A stretch of 63,940 nt of DNA from an uncultured Candidatus Saccharibacteria bacterium. Its GTDB lineage: Bacteria; Patescibacteriota; Minisyncoccia; Phycocordibacterales; PALSA-1337. Every line of letters starts with the position of its first letter. Position 1 is the first letter of the stretch. The stretch is taken from contig CAZIUH010000001.1 of NCBI GenBank assembly GCA_964542675.1, forward strand, positions 1-63,940. Direction: 5' to 3'. Both the position numbers and the translations under genes were made by a program. The notes under the pieces are model-generated. The model was not told the DNA's origin and made no database searches. It worked only from the letters and a program-made list of their open reading frames with translations. Shown here piece by piece: positions 1 to 10,057 of this stretch.

Positions 1-2
1 TG

Positions 3-431
3 TTATTAGTAATTATACAAGATTCGTGTACGAAATTCGGGGTCCGGGCCACTTGTCCGGTAGGATATAACTGTGCCCCAAATTCTGGTACAGTCACAAC
101 TCCAGTTTCAACAGCAACAGTTCCGACAACTGCTCCAACTGCAACAAGTGTCGGTTCGGTGGTATTTACTGGAAATATGAGCAAAGGCGTGTCCAATGCA
201 GATGTCAAGCGTTTGCAACAATTATTGAATACGGATAGTGATACAAAAGTGGCTTCCGAAGGTGTTGGGTCTCCGGGAAGTGAGACGACAATGTTCGGGT
301 CACTCACGGAACGGGCCGTGCAGAAATTCCAAGTCAAATACAATATCGCGAATCCGGGCGATGCCGGCTATGGCACGGTCGGACCGATGACGAGAGCGAT
401 GTTGCAAGAAGTGTTCGGGGTGACGCGATAG
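3..431 (+). CDS. peptidoglycan-binding-domain protein, 5' end cut by window edge
   Basis: Frame is open from nt 3 to the stop at 429-431. The C-terminal LQQLLN...FGSLTERAVQKFQ...GTVGPMTRAML resembles the PG_binding_1 helical repeat. Confidence 0.6.
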   Translation, partial: LLVIIQDSCTKFGVRATCPVGYNCAPNSGTVTTPVSTATVPTTAPTATSVGSVVFTGNMSKGVSNADVKRLQQLLNTDSDTKVASEGVGSPGSETTMFGSLTERAVQKFQVKYNIANPGDAGYGTVGPMTRAMLQEVFGVTR

Positions 432-498
432 GAAATGGGAATGAGTAAATGATATTTCAGTTATTCAATTCATAGGAATTGTTTCGCTAATCGTAAGC

Positions 499-521
499 AA
501 AAACCCCCGAAAGGGGTTTTT
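499..521 (+). terminator. rho-independent terminator
   Basis: aaaaccccc-gaaa-ggggttttt hairpin with a T run, directly after the upstream CDS. Confidence 0.7.
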
Positions 522-558
522 GCTTTACAAAACATGCTTAACTGATAGAATTGCCATT

Positions 559-1152
559 ATGAATGAGGATCAGAAAGAAAAAGAAAATAATTATGCATTT
601 ATTGATAGTCAAAATCTGAACTTGGGTGTTCGAGACCAAGGATGGATTTTGAGTTTTCAAAAATTCCGTGTCTATCTCGAAGAAAAGTATGGCATTACGA
701 AAGCTTTTCTTTTTATTGGATATCTTCCGGGAAATGAAAGTCTGTACACTTCATTACAGGATTATGGATATATCTGTATATTCAAACCAACTATGGAATT
801 GCCAAACAAGAAAATAAAAGGCAATGTTGACGCGGAATTGGTTTTGCATACTATGATAGAGCTCAATAATTTCAATAGAGCTGTCATCATCTCTGGTGAT
901 GGAGACTTTTTCTGTCTGATTGAACATTTGATAAAACTTAAAAAACTAAAAAAAGTGCTTATTCCCAATAAAAACCAATACTCTGGATTACTGAAGAAGT
1001 TGAGTACCCCAGAGAATAATATCTTTGATTTTATTAGTGATCAAAGATCGAAGCTGGAATATTATTCGCCTACTATTCAAATAACAGAAAGCATTGAAAA
1101 TGAAAAAGGCTCTCAGTGGGACGAAACCCAAAAAGAACCTCTTTCGTCGTGA
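559..1152 (+). CDS. NYN (LabA-like) domain protein
   Basis: NYAFIDSQNL...IISGDGDFFCLIEHL matches the NYN/PIN-like nuclease fold motifs. ATG at 559 is preferred over the TTG at 520, which lies inside the terminator. Confidence 0.65.
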   Translation: MNEDQKEKENNYAFIDSQNLNLGVRDQGWILSFQKFRVYLEEKYGITKAFLFIGYLPGNESLYTSLQDYGYICIFKPTMELPNKKIKGNVDAELVLHTMIELNNFNRAVIISGDGDFFCLIEHLIKLKKLKKVLIPNKNQYSGLLKKLSTPENNIFDFISDQRSKLEYYSPTIQITESIENEKGSQWDETQKEPLSS

Positions 1153-1214
1153 TGTATCTACTGTATCAGATATAGTGACAATATGCAAGTGAATAACTCA
1201 TAAATATTAAAATC

Positions 1215-1373
1215 ATGATAAACCCCTTCGACAATTCCTTTTTCAAATTCCTGACCGGCTTCGTTGTTATCTTGTTGGCCAGTTTTACCGTCCTATATTT
1301 CGTGAACAATTATGAAAGCGCCAAGAAAGCGTCTCTCGCGACACCGAACATTCCAACCAAGACAAATCAATAA
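1215..1373 (+). CDS. small single-TM hypothetical protein (52 aa)
   Basis: Hand-translated ATG..TAA ORF MINPFDNSFFKFLTGFVVILLASFTVLYFV... It is below the ORF-track cutoff and has one hydrophobic helix. Confidence 0.35.
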   Translation: MINPFDNSFFKFLTGFVVILLASFTVLYFVNNYESAKKASLATPNIPTKTNQ

Positions 1374-1407
1374 AATATTTTTTTATCCTTTCATTCTTTC
1401 AATCTTC

Positions 1408-1559
1408 CGCGCCCCACACGGATGGGCGTTTTTTCGAGCCGAGGACTGTGATTGTTAAGATGTCTTAGGACAACATATAACAGATATTAGTTAAATACTT
1501 ATAACAAGTATAGGAACAATTCCGCAGGCTCGAAAAAACGCCTATTCGTGTGGGGCGCG
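1408..1559 (+). repeat. 33-bp inverted repeat flanking an 86-nt loop
   Basis: cgcgccccacacggatgggcgttttttcgagcc (1408-1440) pairs with ggctcgaaaaaacgcctattcgtgtggggcgcg (1527-1559). The only two mismatches are G:T wobbles on the + strand. Confidence 0.8.
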
Positions 1560-1727
1560 AACCGCGCAAGAATTTCTCCGAAAAGTCCAACAAAAAATTC
1601 ATACTTTTTTGAGATTTTTTTTAGGGAAAATTCATACTTTTTTTATCCTTTTTTCATGCTTTTTTTATCAGGATTTTATCACCTCTCTGATACACTTCTT
1701 CATTATTAGCCTAATAATGAAATAAAT

Positions 1728-4583
1728 ATGAATACAATCAAACGTTATTTTCTATTGTTTGAAATGTTACTGATTTTTTCTCCCGTTAGTGTTATTTTTG
1801 CCGAGACTCATATCGGCCCGGGTGTTTTCAATAAAGATGAAGTTTGGGACAAGACTGGTAGTCCATATATTATTGACGATTCAATAATTGTGCCAAGCGG
1901 TATCACTCTAACAATCGGTCCTGGCGTGAAAGTTTTGACGAATACGGTGAAAAATACTTATCCAATGATTCAGATAGACAGAGGTTCTTTAATTATCGAC
2001 GGCAAAAGAGATGATCGAGTTACGATTGACGGTATATATGGAATAGGAGTTAAGGACGGCAATGCCAATATCACAAATGCCGATATTATGAATATGAGTT
2101 TATTGACTTTTTCACGATCAATCGGAAATATTTCAACTACGACTATTTCCAACTGCTCCTACGCTCTTATGGTGAGAGATGGCGTCGTAAAAGTCTGGGG
2201 TAGTCGCCTTACAAACAACTATTATGGAATACATGTCAGTTCATTTAGTACGCCCTCACTTGTGATGGGCGAAGGTGAATCCAGTTACATTGGCGGCGAA
2301 GGAAACGCCTTTGATAACGGCGTATCTGATCCAATTCTGACCATTGACAATTCTGTAATTACAAATGGTATTTACAAGCTGTTTACGAATACGTCAAATA
2401 AGACAGTTTACGCCGCGAATAATTGGTGGGGAAGCGTTAATGGTCCACAAGGATATGGTAAAATAACTGGCCCTATAATTCTTACCCCTTGGCTTACTTC
2501 TGAACCGATATTTGACCCCGATCCTTCAGAAAGTCCGGAATGCTGCTCTAGCATCCTCTTCCTTCCCGGACTCGAAGGTAGCACACTCTACCGATCAGAA
2601 TCATTACCACTTGACTTGGGAATGACTGAAAATACTCTTTGGCCGCCGAATAGGAACGACGATGTTCGGAAATTATTCTTGGATACAAATGGTTCGAGTA
2701 CGGATCCCACCATATATTCCGGTAGTCCCATAGGCAGTGTTTTCGGCTTGTATGGGATTTACGGAAAATTCATGGGATTTTTGGATGGTCTTACCCAAAA
2801 TGGAACCGTGAATGAATGGAAGTCTTTCGCGTATGATTGGCGCAAGCCAATAACCGAGGTGGTATCGGGACCAGAGAAAAAGGCCACGACCACGGAATAT
2901 TTGATCAAGGACATTGAAAATATTGCCGCGCGTTCGAAGACGGGAAGAGTCACCTTGATCGCGCACAGTAATGGCGGTTTAGTCGCGAAATATTTAGTAA
3001 AAGCTCTGGATGAAATCGGTGAATCGGACTTGATCGATTCCGTAATATCTGTTGCCGTGCCATATTTGGGCACGCCGCAAACGATCGCGTCTATGCTTCA
3101 TGGTGACGGTCAATCTATTGGTCTGGGTGTGATCGTAAAACAAGCCGTCGCGCGAGAATTGGGACTTAATATGTCAAGCGCGTATTCGTTATTACCTTCA
3201 GCCCAATATTTCAAAGAAGTATTTACACCGACAATTACTTTTGCCTCATCTTCAGTTCAGGGCGTGAATAACGGATCGTATCCCTTGAATGTTCAGTCTA
3301 GCTTTGACCAGTTAGCTTTTATTAATGATTTGAATAATGCGCGAATACAACCGAATCTTTCGAACACGGCTTTGCCGATTATAGGAAATAAGATATTAAG
3401 TGTGGCGGCAGACGCTCTACATTCAATTCTTGATCCGTATTTATGGCCGGTAACGATTACTAGATGGGTAATTTTAGGCTGGAACGCGAATACAAAAGAA
3501 AGTATCAACTATAAGGATCAATTAAAATGCAAAGAATCACCATCTCTGCCATCATGTAAAACGCTTCTATCCGTCAGTGCGTCGACTACACTAATGGGAG
3601 ATGGAACTGTATTGGCAAAAAGTGCTGCGTACAGGGCGGGAGAAATCGTCTCAGCTGACATGAAGACGATATCTTCTCAAGAAAAATCAAATATTTCTCA
3701 CGCGAATATTCTCGAATCTTCAACAACCCAAGCAACTATTGAAGATATGATAAAGAACGGTAAAAAAGACGAACTTTTCAAACTACCAACCGGAATGACA
3801 TGGGGAGAGCCGGATTATTCGAAGGATAGTTCTGATACTGAATTGGTTATAAGCACACATTCGCCGGTTGACTTGCATATTTACGATGAGAATGGCAATC
3901 ATACTGGTATAATCCCGATTCCTGCCGGTTTGGATGTGGAAGAAGGTCTATACACATTCTATGAAGCAAGAATTCCTGGCAGTCATTTCAGGATCTGGGA
4001 TATAAATGAAGGCGAATCGGACACATTTATTTCACTTCCAGATAATGGCAAGAAATATTCTGTTGTTGTGCAGGGGACCGGGGTAGGAGATTTCACCTTG
4101 GAAGTTGAAAGGCAAAAGGATGGTGCAGTCTTGGATCATGTTGAATACAATGGGATTCCGGTTATGCCTATTACTGTGGCAACGACAAGCGTGATGGTTA
4201 TGCCGTTTGAAAGTTTATCAGTTTCCGATCTGGTATCTTCATCAAAACCTCTAAATATCGACATGGACGGTAATGGCAGTTCTGACTTGGAAGCTACTTC
4301 CGGTGTTGATTATCTGACTGCTGATCTCGATTGGGTAGAATATTTGGAAGTGCTAAAAAAAATCGTGATTACTTTGGCGGGAAATACGAATAAAGTGAAA
4401 ATGATCACAAAGAAGATTGAACACTTGCAGGACTCGATCAAGAAAGGTAAAGCGAAGCAGATTGTCGATTCGACTGAAAAGTTGGCTATTAAAATTGGAC
4501 ATAAGGAGATAAAAGATCTGAATGAAGCCAGTAAGCAACAAATTTTGGATATGATAGACGTATTCATTGCGCAATGGGAATAG
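1728..4583 (+). CDS. secreted beta-helix / alpha-beta-hydrolase (lipase, LCAT/PGAP1-like) protein
   Basis: N-terminal signal peptide and a repetitive N-terminal region with beta-helix-like character. A nucleophile elbow VTLIAHSNGGLVAKYL (GxSxG type) is present. Length 951 aa. Confidence 0.6.
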   Translation: MNTIKRYFLLFEMLLIFSPVSVIFAETHIGPGVFNKDEVWDKTGSPYIIDDSIIVPSGITLTIGPGVKVLTNTVKNTYPMIQIDRGSLIIDGKRDDRVTIDGIYGIGVKDGNANITNADIMNMSLLTFSRSIGNISTTTISNCSYALMVRDGVVKVWGSRLTNNYYGIHVSSFSTPSLVMGEGESSYIGGEGNAFDNGVSDPILTIDNSVITNGIYKLFTNTSNKTVYAANNWWGSVNGPQGYGKITGPIILTPWLTSEPIFDPDPSESPECCSSILFLPGLEGSTLYRSESLPLDLGMTENTLWPPNRNDDVRKLFLDTNGSSTDPTIYSGSPIGSVFGLYGIYGKFMGFLDGLTQNGTVNEWKSFAYDWRKPITEVVSGPEKKATTTEYLIKDIENIAARSKTGRVTLIAHSNGGLVAKYLVKALDEIGESDLIDSVISVAVPYLGTPQTIASMLHGDGQSIGLGVIVKQAVARELGLNMSSAYSLLPSAQYFKEVFTPTITFASSSVQGVNNGSYPLNVQSSFDQLAFINDLNNARIQPNLSNTALPIIGNKILSVAADALHSILDPYLWPVTITRWVILGWNANTKESINYKDQLKCKESPSLPSCKTLLSVSASTTLMGDGTVLAKSAAYRAGEIVSADMKTISSQEKSNISHANILESSTTQATIEDMIKNGKKDELFKLPTGMTWGEPDYSKDSSDTELVISTHSPVDLHIYDENGNHTGIIPIPAGLDVEEGLYTFYEARIPGSHFRIWDINEGESDTFISLPDNGKKYSVVVQGTGVGDFTLEVERQKDGAVLDHVEYNGIPVMPITVATTSVMVMPFESLSVSDLVSSSKPLNIDMDGNGSSDLEATSGVDYLTADLDWVEYLEVLKKIVITLAGNTNKVKMITKKIEHLQDSIKKGKAKQIVDSTEKLAIKIGHKEIKDLNEASKQQILDMIDVFIAQWE

Positions 4584-4770
4584 TTATGGTATCTTCTAAT
4601 TCAAGGCTTAAGACAGAAGGCGGTTTCACTACTGAATATCAATAGTCAAACAGAGGTCCTTCCGAGGTTTCTCTATTTTTAGAATCATCTTTTGCCTAAA
4701 AAGGTCGAATGTCCCGCGAAACCTATGGGGTTTTGAAGGGGTCGTATAGATTATTAGCGCATTAAAAAAC

Positions 4771-5259
4771 ATGGCTAGAACAAAAGAACAAAAACAAGCG
4801 ATTCTCGGCAAGTTGAAGACGATAGTAAATGACGCCAAATCATTGGTTTTCGTCAATATGCATGGTCTCAAGGTTGCTGATGCTAGCGTGCTTCGACGTA
4901 AATTGAAGAGTGAGGATGTCGGGTTCTTCGTGGCGAAGAAAACTCTCACGGCGAAAGTTTTGGGTGAACAAAAGTACACTGGTACTATGCCTGAGCTTGT
5001 CGGTGAATTCGGTCTGGCGTATGGAACCGATCTGGTCGCACCGGCCAGGGAGATATATGAATTCCAGAAAAAACTCAAAGATCAGGTAAATATTGTTGGA
5101 GGAGTTTTCGAAAATAAATATATGTCTAAGGATGAAATGATGACTATTGCCCTCATTCCGCCCTTGAAGACGCTTCATGGCATGTTCGTGAATTTGATCA
5201 GTTCGCCGATACAAGAATTTGTCATGGCACTCGATCAGATAAGTAAGAAAACAGTTTAA
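4771..5259 (+). CDS. rplJ: 50S ribosomal protein L10
   Basis: [16 protein letters not shown]...[21 protein letters not shown] is typical of L10, and L7/L12 follows. Confidence 0.9.
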   Translation: MARTKEQKQAILGKLKTIVNDAKSLVFVNMHGLKVADASVLRRKLKSEDVGFFVAKKTLTAKVLGEQKYTGTMPELVGEFGLAYGTDLVAPAREIYEFQKKLKDQVNIVGGVFENKYMSKDEMMTIALIPPLKTLHGMFVNLISSPIQEFVMALDQISKKTV

Positions 5260-5276
5260 TAGTAATTAATAAAATC

Positions 5277-5672
5277 ATGGAACAAAATCAAACAGTTGAA
5301 ATACCGGCAAAATTCAAGTCAATCGTTGAAACAATAGAAAAGATGTCCGTTATTGATTTGAGCGAGTTGGTCAAATTATTGGAGAAAAGATTTGGGGTTT
5401 CGGCGCAGGCCGTGGCGGTTGCGACCGCGCCGGTGGCCGGAACGGCGACAGGGGATGAAAAAACAGTCTTTGCCGTTCATTTGGCGTCTGCCGGAGAACA
5501 AAAGATTGCCGTTATAAAGATTGTGAAAGAGATTCTCGGTCTCGGTTTGAAAGAAGCCAAGGACTTGGTTGATAGCGCGCCGGCTCTTCTCAAGGATGGT
5601 ATGAAGAAAGAGGAAGCCGATGAATTCAAGAAAAAGCTTGAGACCGCGGGTGGTAAGGTTGAGTTGAAGTAA
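5277..5672 (+). CDS. rplL: 50S ribosomal protein L7/L12
   Basis: C-terminal [27 protein letters not shown]...GGKVELK is the canonical L12 CTD. Confidence 0.95.
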   Translation: MEQNQTVEIPAKFKSIVETIEKMSVIDLSELVKLLEKRFGVSAQAVAVATAPVAGTATGDEKTVFAVHLASAGEQKIAVIKIVKEILGLGLKEAKDLVDSAPALLKDGMKKEEADEFKKKLETAGGKVELK

Positions 5673-5709
5673 CATAATAAATTCGGTATTGAAAAAATCT
5701 CGTAACAGA

Positions 5710-5778
5710 GCCGACACTTCCTGGAGAGAGCTTTAACAGAGCGGAGCGATTAATGGCTCTCGGAGGGAATGTGTCGGC
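5710..5778 (+). repeat. hairpin-forming repeat element, copy 1 (intergenic, after rplL)
   Basis: gccgacac...gtgtcggc outer stem and agagagc/gctctc inner stem. The 27-nt core ttaacagagcggagcgattaatggctc is 24/27 identical to 55183-55209 inside dnaG. Confidence 0.7.
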
Positions 5779-5847
5779 GAAGCGCACGAGATTTTTTCTA
5801 TTCGTTTTGTATTTGCATATATGCTACAATGGCGCAATAATAAAAAA

Positions 5848-6474
5848 ATGGAAACTCTCTCCGCTATTTTCGGAAGCCCCGCGCGAGTCAAAATACTTCG
5901 ACTCTTCTTATTCAATGAAAGCATGGTATTTTTCGTGAATGAAATCACGGTTCGCACGAAATGTAGTCTGAATTTGGTAAAAAGAGAATTGAATATACTA
6001 GCGAAAGTTGATCTTATCAAAAAGAGGCATACTTCCAAGGATGTTGAGATTATTAGACGCAAAAAAGTTGCAATAAAGAGGATGACAGGGGTTGCTTATG
6101 TTCTGAATGAAAAATTTCCGTATCGTGACCCTTTGAAAAATCTGCTAACCGTCGCTAGTATTCAGGCCAATGAATCACTCGCCAAGAAATTCTCCGGCGT
6201 CGGCAAGGTGAGACTAGTTGTCGCGGCTGGCGTTTTCATACAAAATTGGGATTCGAGGGTGGATCTTCTGATTGTCGGAGAAGATTTGAATCTTCATAAG
6301 ATCGAATCTATCATCAAAAATATTGAGGCGGAAATAGGGAAAGAAATATCGTATTCTGCTTTTGAAACGCCGGATTTTGAATATCGCATGGGTATTCATG
6401 ATCGGCTTGTCAGGGATATTCTGGATTATCCGCATGTGACTTTGCTTGATAGACTGGGTATTGAAGTAAAATAG
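5848..6474 (+). CDS. winged-helix (ArsR/PadR-like N-terminus) hypothetical protein
   Basis: METLSAIFGSPARVKILRLFLFNE... looks like a wHTH. An alternative ATG lies at 5821. Confidence 0.45.
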   Translation: METLSAIFGSPARVKILRLFLFNESMVFFVNEITVRTKCSLNLVKRELNILAKVDLIKKRHTSKDVEIIRRKKVAIKRMTGVAYVLNEKFPYRDPLKNLLTVASIQANESLAKKFSGVGKVRLVVAAGVFIQNWDSRVDLLIVGEDLNLHKIESIIKNIEAEIGKEISYSAFETPDFEYRMGIHDRLVRDILDYPHVTLLDRLGIEVK

Positions 6475-6570
6475 AGGCTTTATAGCTAACCTATCCACAG
6501 CCCCAGTATACATGGCATGGTATAATGCTCGCATTACAAGGCATAATTATTAATCTAAAATCATAATTCA

Positions 6571-7260
6571 ATGATGTTCATTCAAAATTGGGGCGACGCT
6601 TGGACTAGCGCGCTCTTCAATGTGGGGTACGGAGTATTAAATTTCATACCCAAAGTGTTTTTTGCAGTCGTATTATTCGCTATAGGTTGGATTCTTGCCA
6701 TCCTTATAGAGAAAGTTGTTGAGGGACTCTTCAAATCACTCAAGGTTGATGCCGGTCTGAGAAGTGCTGGATTTGAAGATGTCGTAAAGCGCGCGGGACA
6801 CAATCTCAATTCTGGACTTTTTGTTGGCGCGATCATCAAATGGTTCGTGATCGTTATCTTCTTGATGGCATCTTTCGATTTGCTTAACCTAACTCAGGTC
6901 AACGCGTTCTTGCAGCAAGTTGTTGATTATTTGCCGCAAGTCATTCTCGCTGTTCTCATCCTTATGGTCGCTATTGTTGTTGCCAATGCCATGCAAAAAG
7001 TGGTTGTGGCAAGCGCTAGGGCTGGCCATATCAAGTCAGCTGGGCTTTTCGGTCGTGTCACGAAGTGGTCTATTTGGATATTTGCTTTGCTTACAGCTCT
7101 TATAACTCTCGGTATTGCTCCAACCTTGATCCAAATGATTGTCACGGCGATCTTCGCCGGTGGCGCTCTCGCTATTGGTCTTGCTTTCGGCCTTGGAGGC
7201 AAGGACGTCGCGGGTCGCTGGATAGAGAAAACGACAGAACATATCTTCGAAAAAGAATAA
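6571..7260 (+). CDS. membrane protein with conserved TM-helix repeats (MscS-related / CmpX-like)
   Basis: Four to five hydrophobic helices and repeated VVxxLPxVIxAVLILxV-type segments. Confidence 0.5.
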   Translation: MMFIQNWGDAWTSALFNVGYGVLNFIPKVFFAVVLFAIGWILAILIEKVVEGLFKSLKVDAGLRSAGFEDVVKRAGHNLNSGLFVGAIIKWFVIVIFLMASFDLLNLTQVNAFLQQVVDYLPQVILAVLILMVAIVVANAMQKVVVASARAGHIKSAGLFGRVTKWSIWIFALLTALITLGIAPTLIQMIVTAIFAGGALAIGLAFGLGGKDVAGRWIEKTTEHIFEKE

Positions 7261-7288
7261 TCATTGTCAGAATCTCATTCAAGAATAA

Positions 7289-7316
7289 CGTCCCGACATG
7301 CGTCGGGACGTTTTTT
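7289..7316 (+). terminator. rho-independent terminator
   Basis: cgtcccgac-atgc-gtcgggacg followed by tttttt. Confidence 0.8.
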
Positions 7317-7327
7317 GTTATCAACAC

Positions 7328-7355
7328 TTGACATTAAATATGGTTAGTATAGACT
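7328..7355 (+). promoter_or_regulatory. candidate sigma70-type promoter of the 23S-5S unit
   Basis: ttgaca (7328-7333), 16-nt spacer, tagact (7350-7355), about 415 nt upstream of the 23S 5' end. Confidence 0.35.
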
Positions 7356-8311
7356 GCTAATTACCTCAGAATGATTATTCAAAGAAAAAACAAACAGCGG
7401 CCATAAACGCGAATGCCTAGGCATAGTGTTAGGAAGCCGCCTAATAAAGCGGTTTTTCTTTTATCCCCCTTCACTCGCGTTGCGAGCTACGGTGGGCAAA
7501 GCAGGACGAATGTAGATTGACAATCTCATATCTCAAATTAAGTAAAAGCCCATTTTAGTTCGCGGCAAGCGAACTTCTATGCGGCGAATCTTATCTATAT
7601 TCCAAGGTGGAGTCCAGGTAAGATAAAGTAAATAATGTGGGTAAAAGCTTCATGTTTTTGCATTTCGAAGGTCTTTGGAATGTAAATAGCATGAAATTAG
7701 TAGCTCTACTTCGCTCCTTAGGGAGCTTCGTAGAGCAAGCAAGCGGTTCTTAGATTTCCTAATGGGAAATTAAGAGCGTATGGTGGATGCCTTGGCTAGA
7801 AAAGGCGATGAAGGACGCGGCGTGGCGGCGATACGCTTCGGGGAGGTGCCGAGCAACCTTTGATCCGAAGATGTCCGAATGGGGAAACCCCATGAGACAA
7901 ACTCTCATGATTTGATTGTTTAATTGCAATCGAATGCTTACCCTGGGAAGTAAAACATTTCAGTACCAGGTGGAATAAAAACAAACTATGCATTCCGTCA
8001 GTAGCGGCGAGCGAACGCGGAGGAGACTAAACTTAACCTAAATCGCAGGGCGAATTCCGCTCTGGGTAAAAACTTAGCGGAAACGCTATGCGACTTAGGT
8101 TGAGGGTTGCAAGATGGAGACGTGTTATTAATAACAGAGGAGTTACAAAATTTTTTGTTAGCAGAATCGTCTGGAAAGACGAGCCCCAGCAGGTGATAGC
8201 CCTGTACGTGAAAATAAAAGATCTTCTTTGTCTCTATTCTTAAGTACCCCGGGACACGAATAGCTCGGGGGAATCCGCCGGAACTAACCGGCAAGTCTAA
8301 ATACTTTTCTA

Positions 8312-8351
<40 letters not shown>

Positions 8352-8408
8352 CAGCCCGAAAGGGCGGTGAAATAGATCTGAAACCATATGCTTACAAGGA
8401 GTCGGAGC

Positions 8409-8681
8409 GGTGTTACACTTTGTGCATTACTTATTTTACATTGAATAATGGGAGAGTTCTATGAAGCGGTCACTGGTGCACGAAAGCGTCTATCAGTGTA
8501 AATAATCCGATAAGTGGAAACTAGATTAGTCGTTGACAATGAATACGATATCGAGGTGTTTTTCGAAGGCACCAAGACAAAAGTGTTGAAGAGTCTAGAT
8601 TCTCCTGTTCAGGTTGGGGAAGTACAACCCAACCTGCCTATTATTCAGTGTGAAATAAGGTAATGCTCAGCGTGTAGCACC
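8409..8681 (+). other. ORF-less intervening sequence / expansion replacing the helix-25 hairpin of 23S
   Basis: ggtgttacac (8409-8418) pairs with gtgtagcacc (8672-8681). About 270 nt sit where E. coli has about a 25-nt hairpin. Helix 25 is a classical IVS site. Confidence 0.6.
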
Positions 8682-10057
8682 GTCACGGCGTGCCTATTGA
8701 AGAATGAGCCAACGAGTTCAAGCAAGCAGCTCGGCTAAGGGCGAGAGCCCGGAGTCACAGGGAAACCGAGTCTGAATAGGGCGTTTGTTGTTTGCTTGAG
8801 ACCCGAAGCCAGATGAGCTTGCCACGCGCAGGGTGAAGTTCGCCGAAAGGCGGATGGAGGCCCGAACCGGTGAGCCGTGCAAAACTCTCGGATGACGTGT
8901 GGTAAGGAGTGAAAAGCTAATCGAATCTGGTAATAGCTGGTTCTCTCCGAAATAACTTTTGGGTTAGCGTCGGATTTATCTTGAGCGGGGTAGAGCACTG
9001 GAAGGTCTCGACAGGTCGAAAGATCGCGAGACCTATCAAACTCCGAATACGCCAAGTAATTATCCGGCAGTTAGACTGTGGGGGCTAAGCTCCATTGGTC
9101 AAAAGGGAAACAGCCCATGATCTCAATTTAAGGTCCCTAAATCAATATTAAGTGCGCTTAAGGTGGTGAAATTTCTTTTACAATGAGGATGTAGGCTTAG
9201 AAGCAGCCATCATTCAAAAATAGCGTAACAGCTTACTCATCGAGAGATTTCGCGCCGCAGATAATCGGGGCTAAAATATTGTACCGAAACTGAGGACTGT
9301 GTTCATCTTCGGATGAACACTTTGGTAGGAGAGTATTCCATTCGCGATGAAGGTGAAGGGGTGACCCACACTGGAGCGTATGGAAGTAAGAATGTTGGCA
9401 CAAGTAACCGCAATGCGGGCGAGAATCCCGCACGCCGAAAAACCAAGGTTTCCTTGGCAATGTATATCAGCCAAGGGTTAGTCGGTCCTAAGGGGATGGC
9501 AAACGCCGCACCCGATGGGCACACGGTTAATATTCCGTGACTTGTATGAAAATCGATGGAGTGACGAAGTGTAGTATGTTCTGCGCACTATTGGATTTGA
9601 CGTTCGTACCGTAGGGGTGGGTCCTGGCAAATCCGGATCCTGACTTTGATGTCATGCCCGAGCGGAGCGAAAATGTCGCAAGACAGATAGGACAAAGCAC
9701 ACTTTCAAGAAAAGCTTCTAAGATTATTTTCATATGATCCGTACCGCAAACCGACACAGGTGGTTAGGTCGAGTAGACCTAGGCGAACGAGTGAGTGGTC
9801 TCCAAGGAACTCGGCAAAAAAGCAGCCGTAACTTCGGAATAAGGCTTGCCCCTAGTAATAGGGGCCGCAGCTAAAGTATCTCTGGCAACTGTTTAACAAA
9901 AACACAGCTCCCTGCGAACTCGCAAGAGGAAGTATAGGGGGTGACACTTGACCAATGCCAGAAGGTCAAATAACGGCGTTGTGCGAGTCGTAAGACTTGT
10001 ATGGTGACTGTTATAAGCCCTGGTGAATGTCGGTCGTAACTATAACGATCCTAAGGT

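Noticed and set aside
4590-4770. Possible ribosomal protein L10 leader RNA upstream of rplJ
   Set aside because: The position is right, but I could not fold a convincing L10-leader structure by eye. Rfam cmscan (L10_leader) would be needed.
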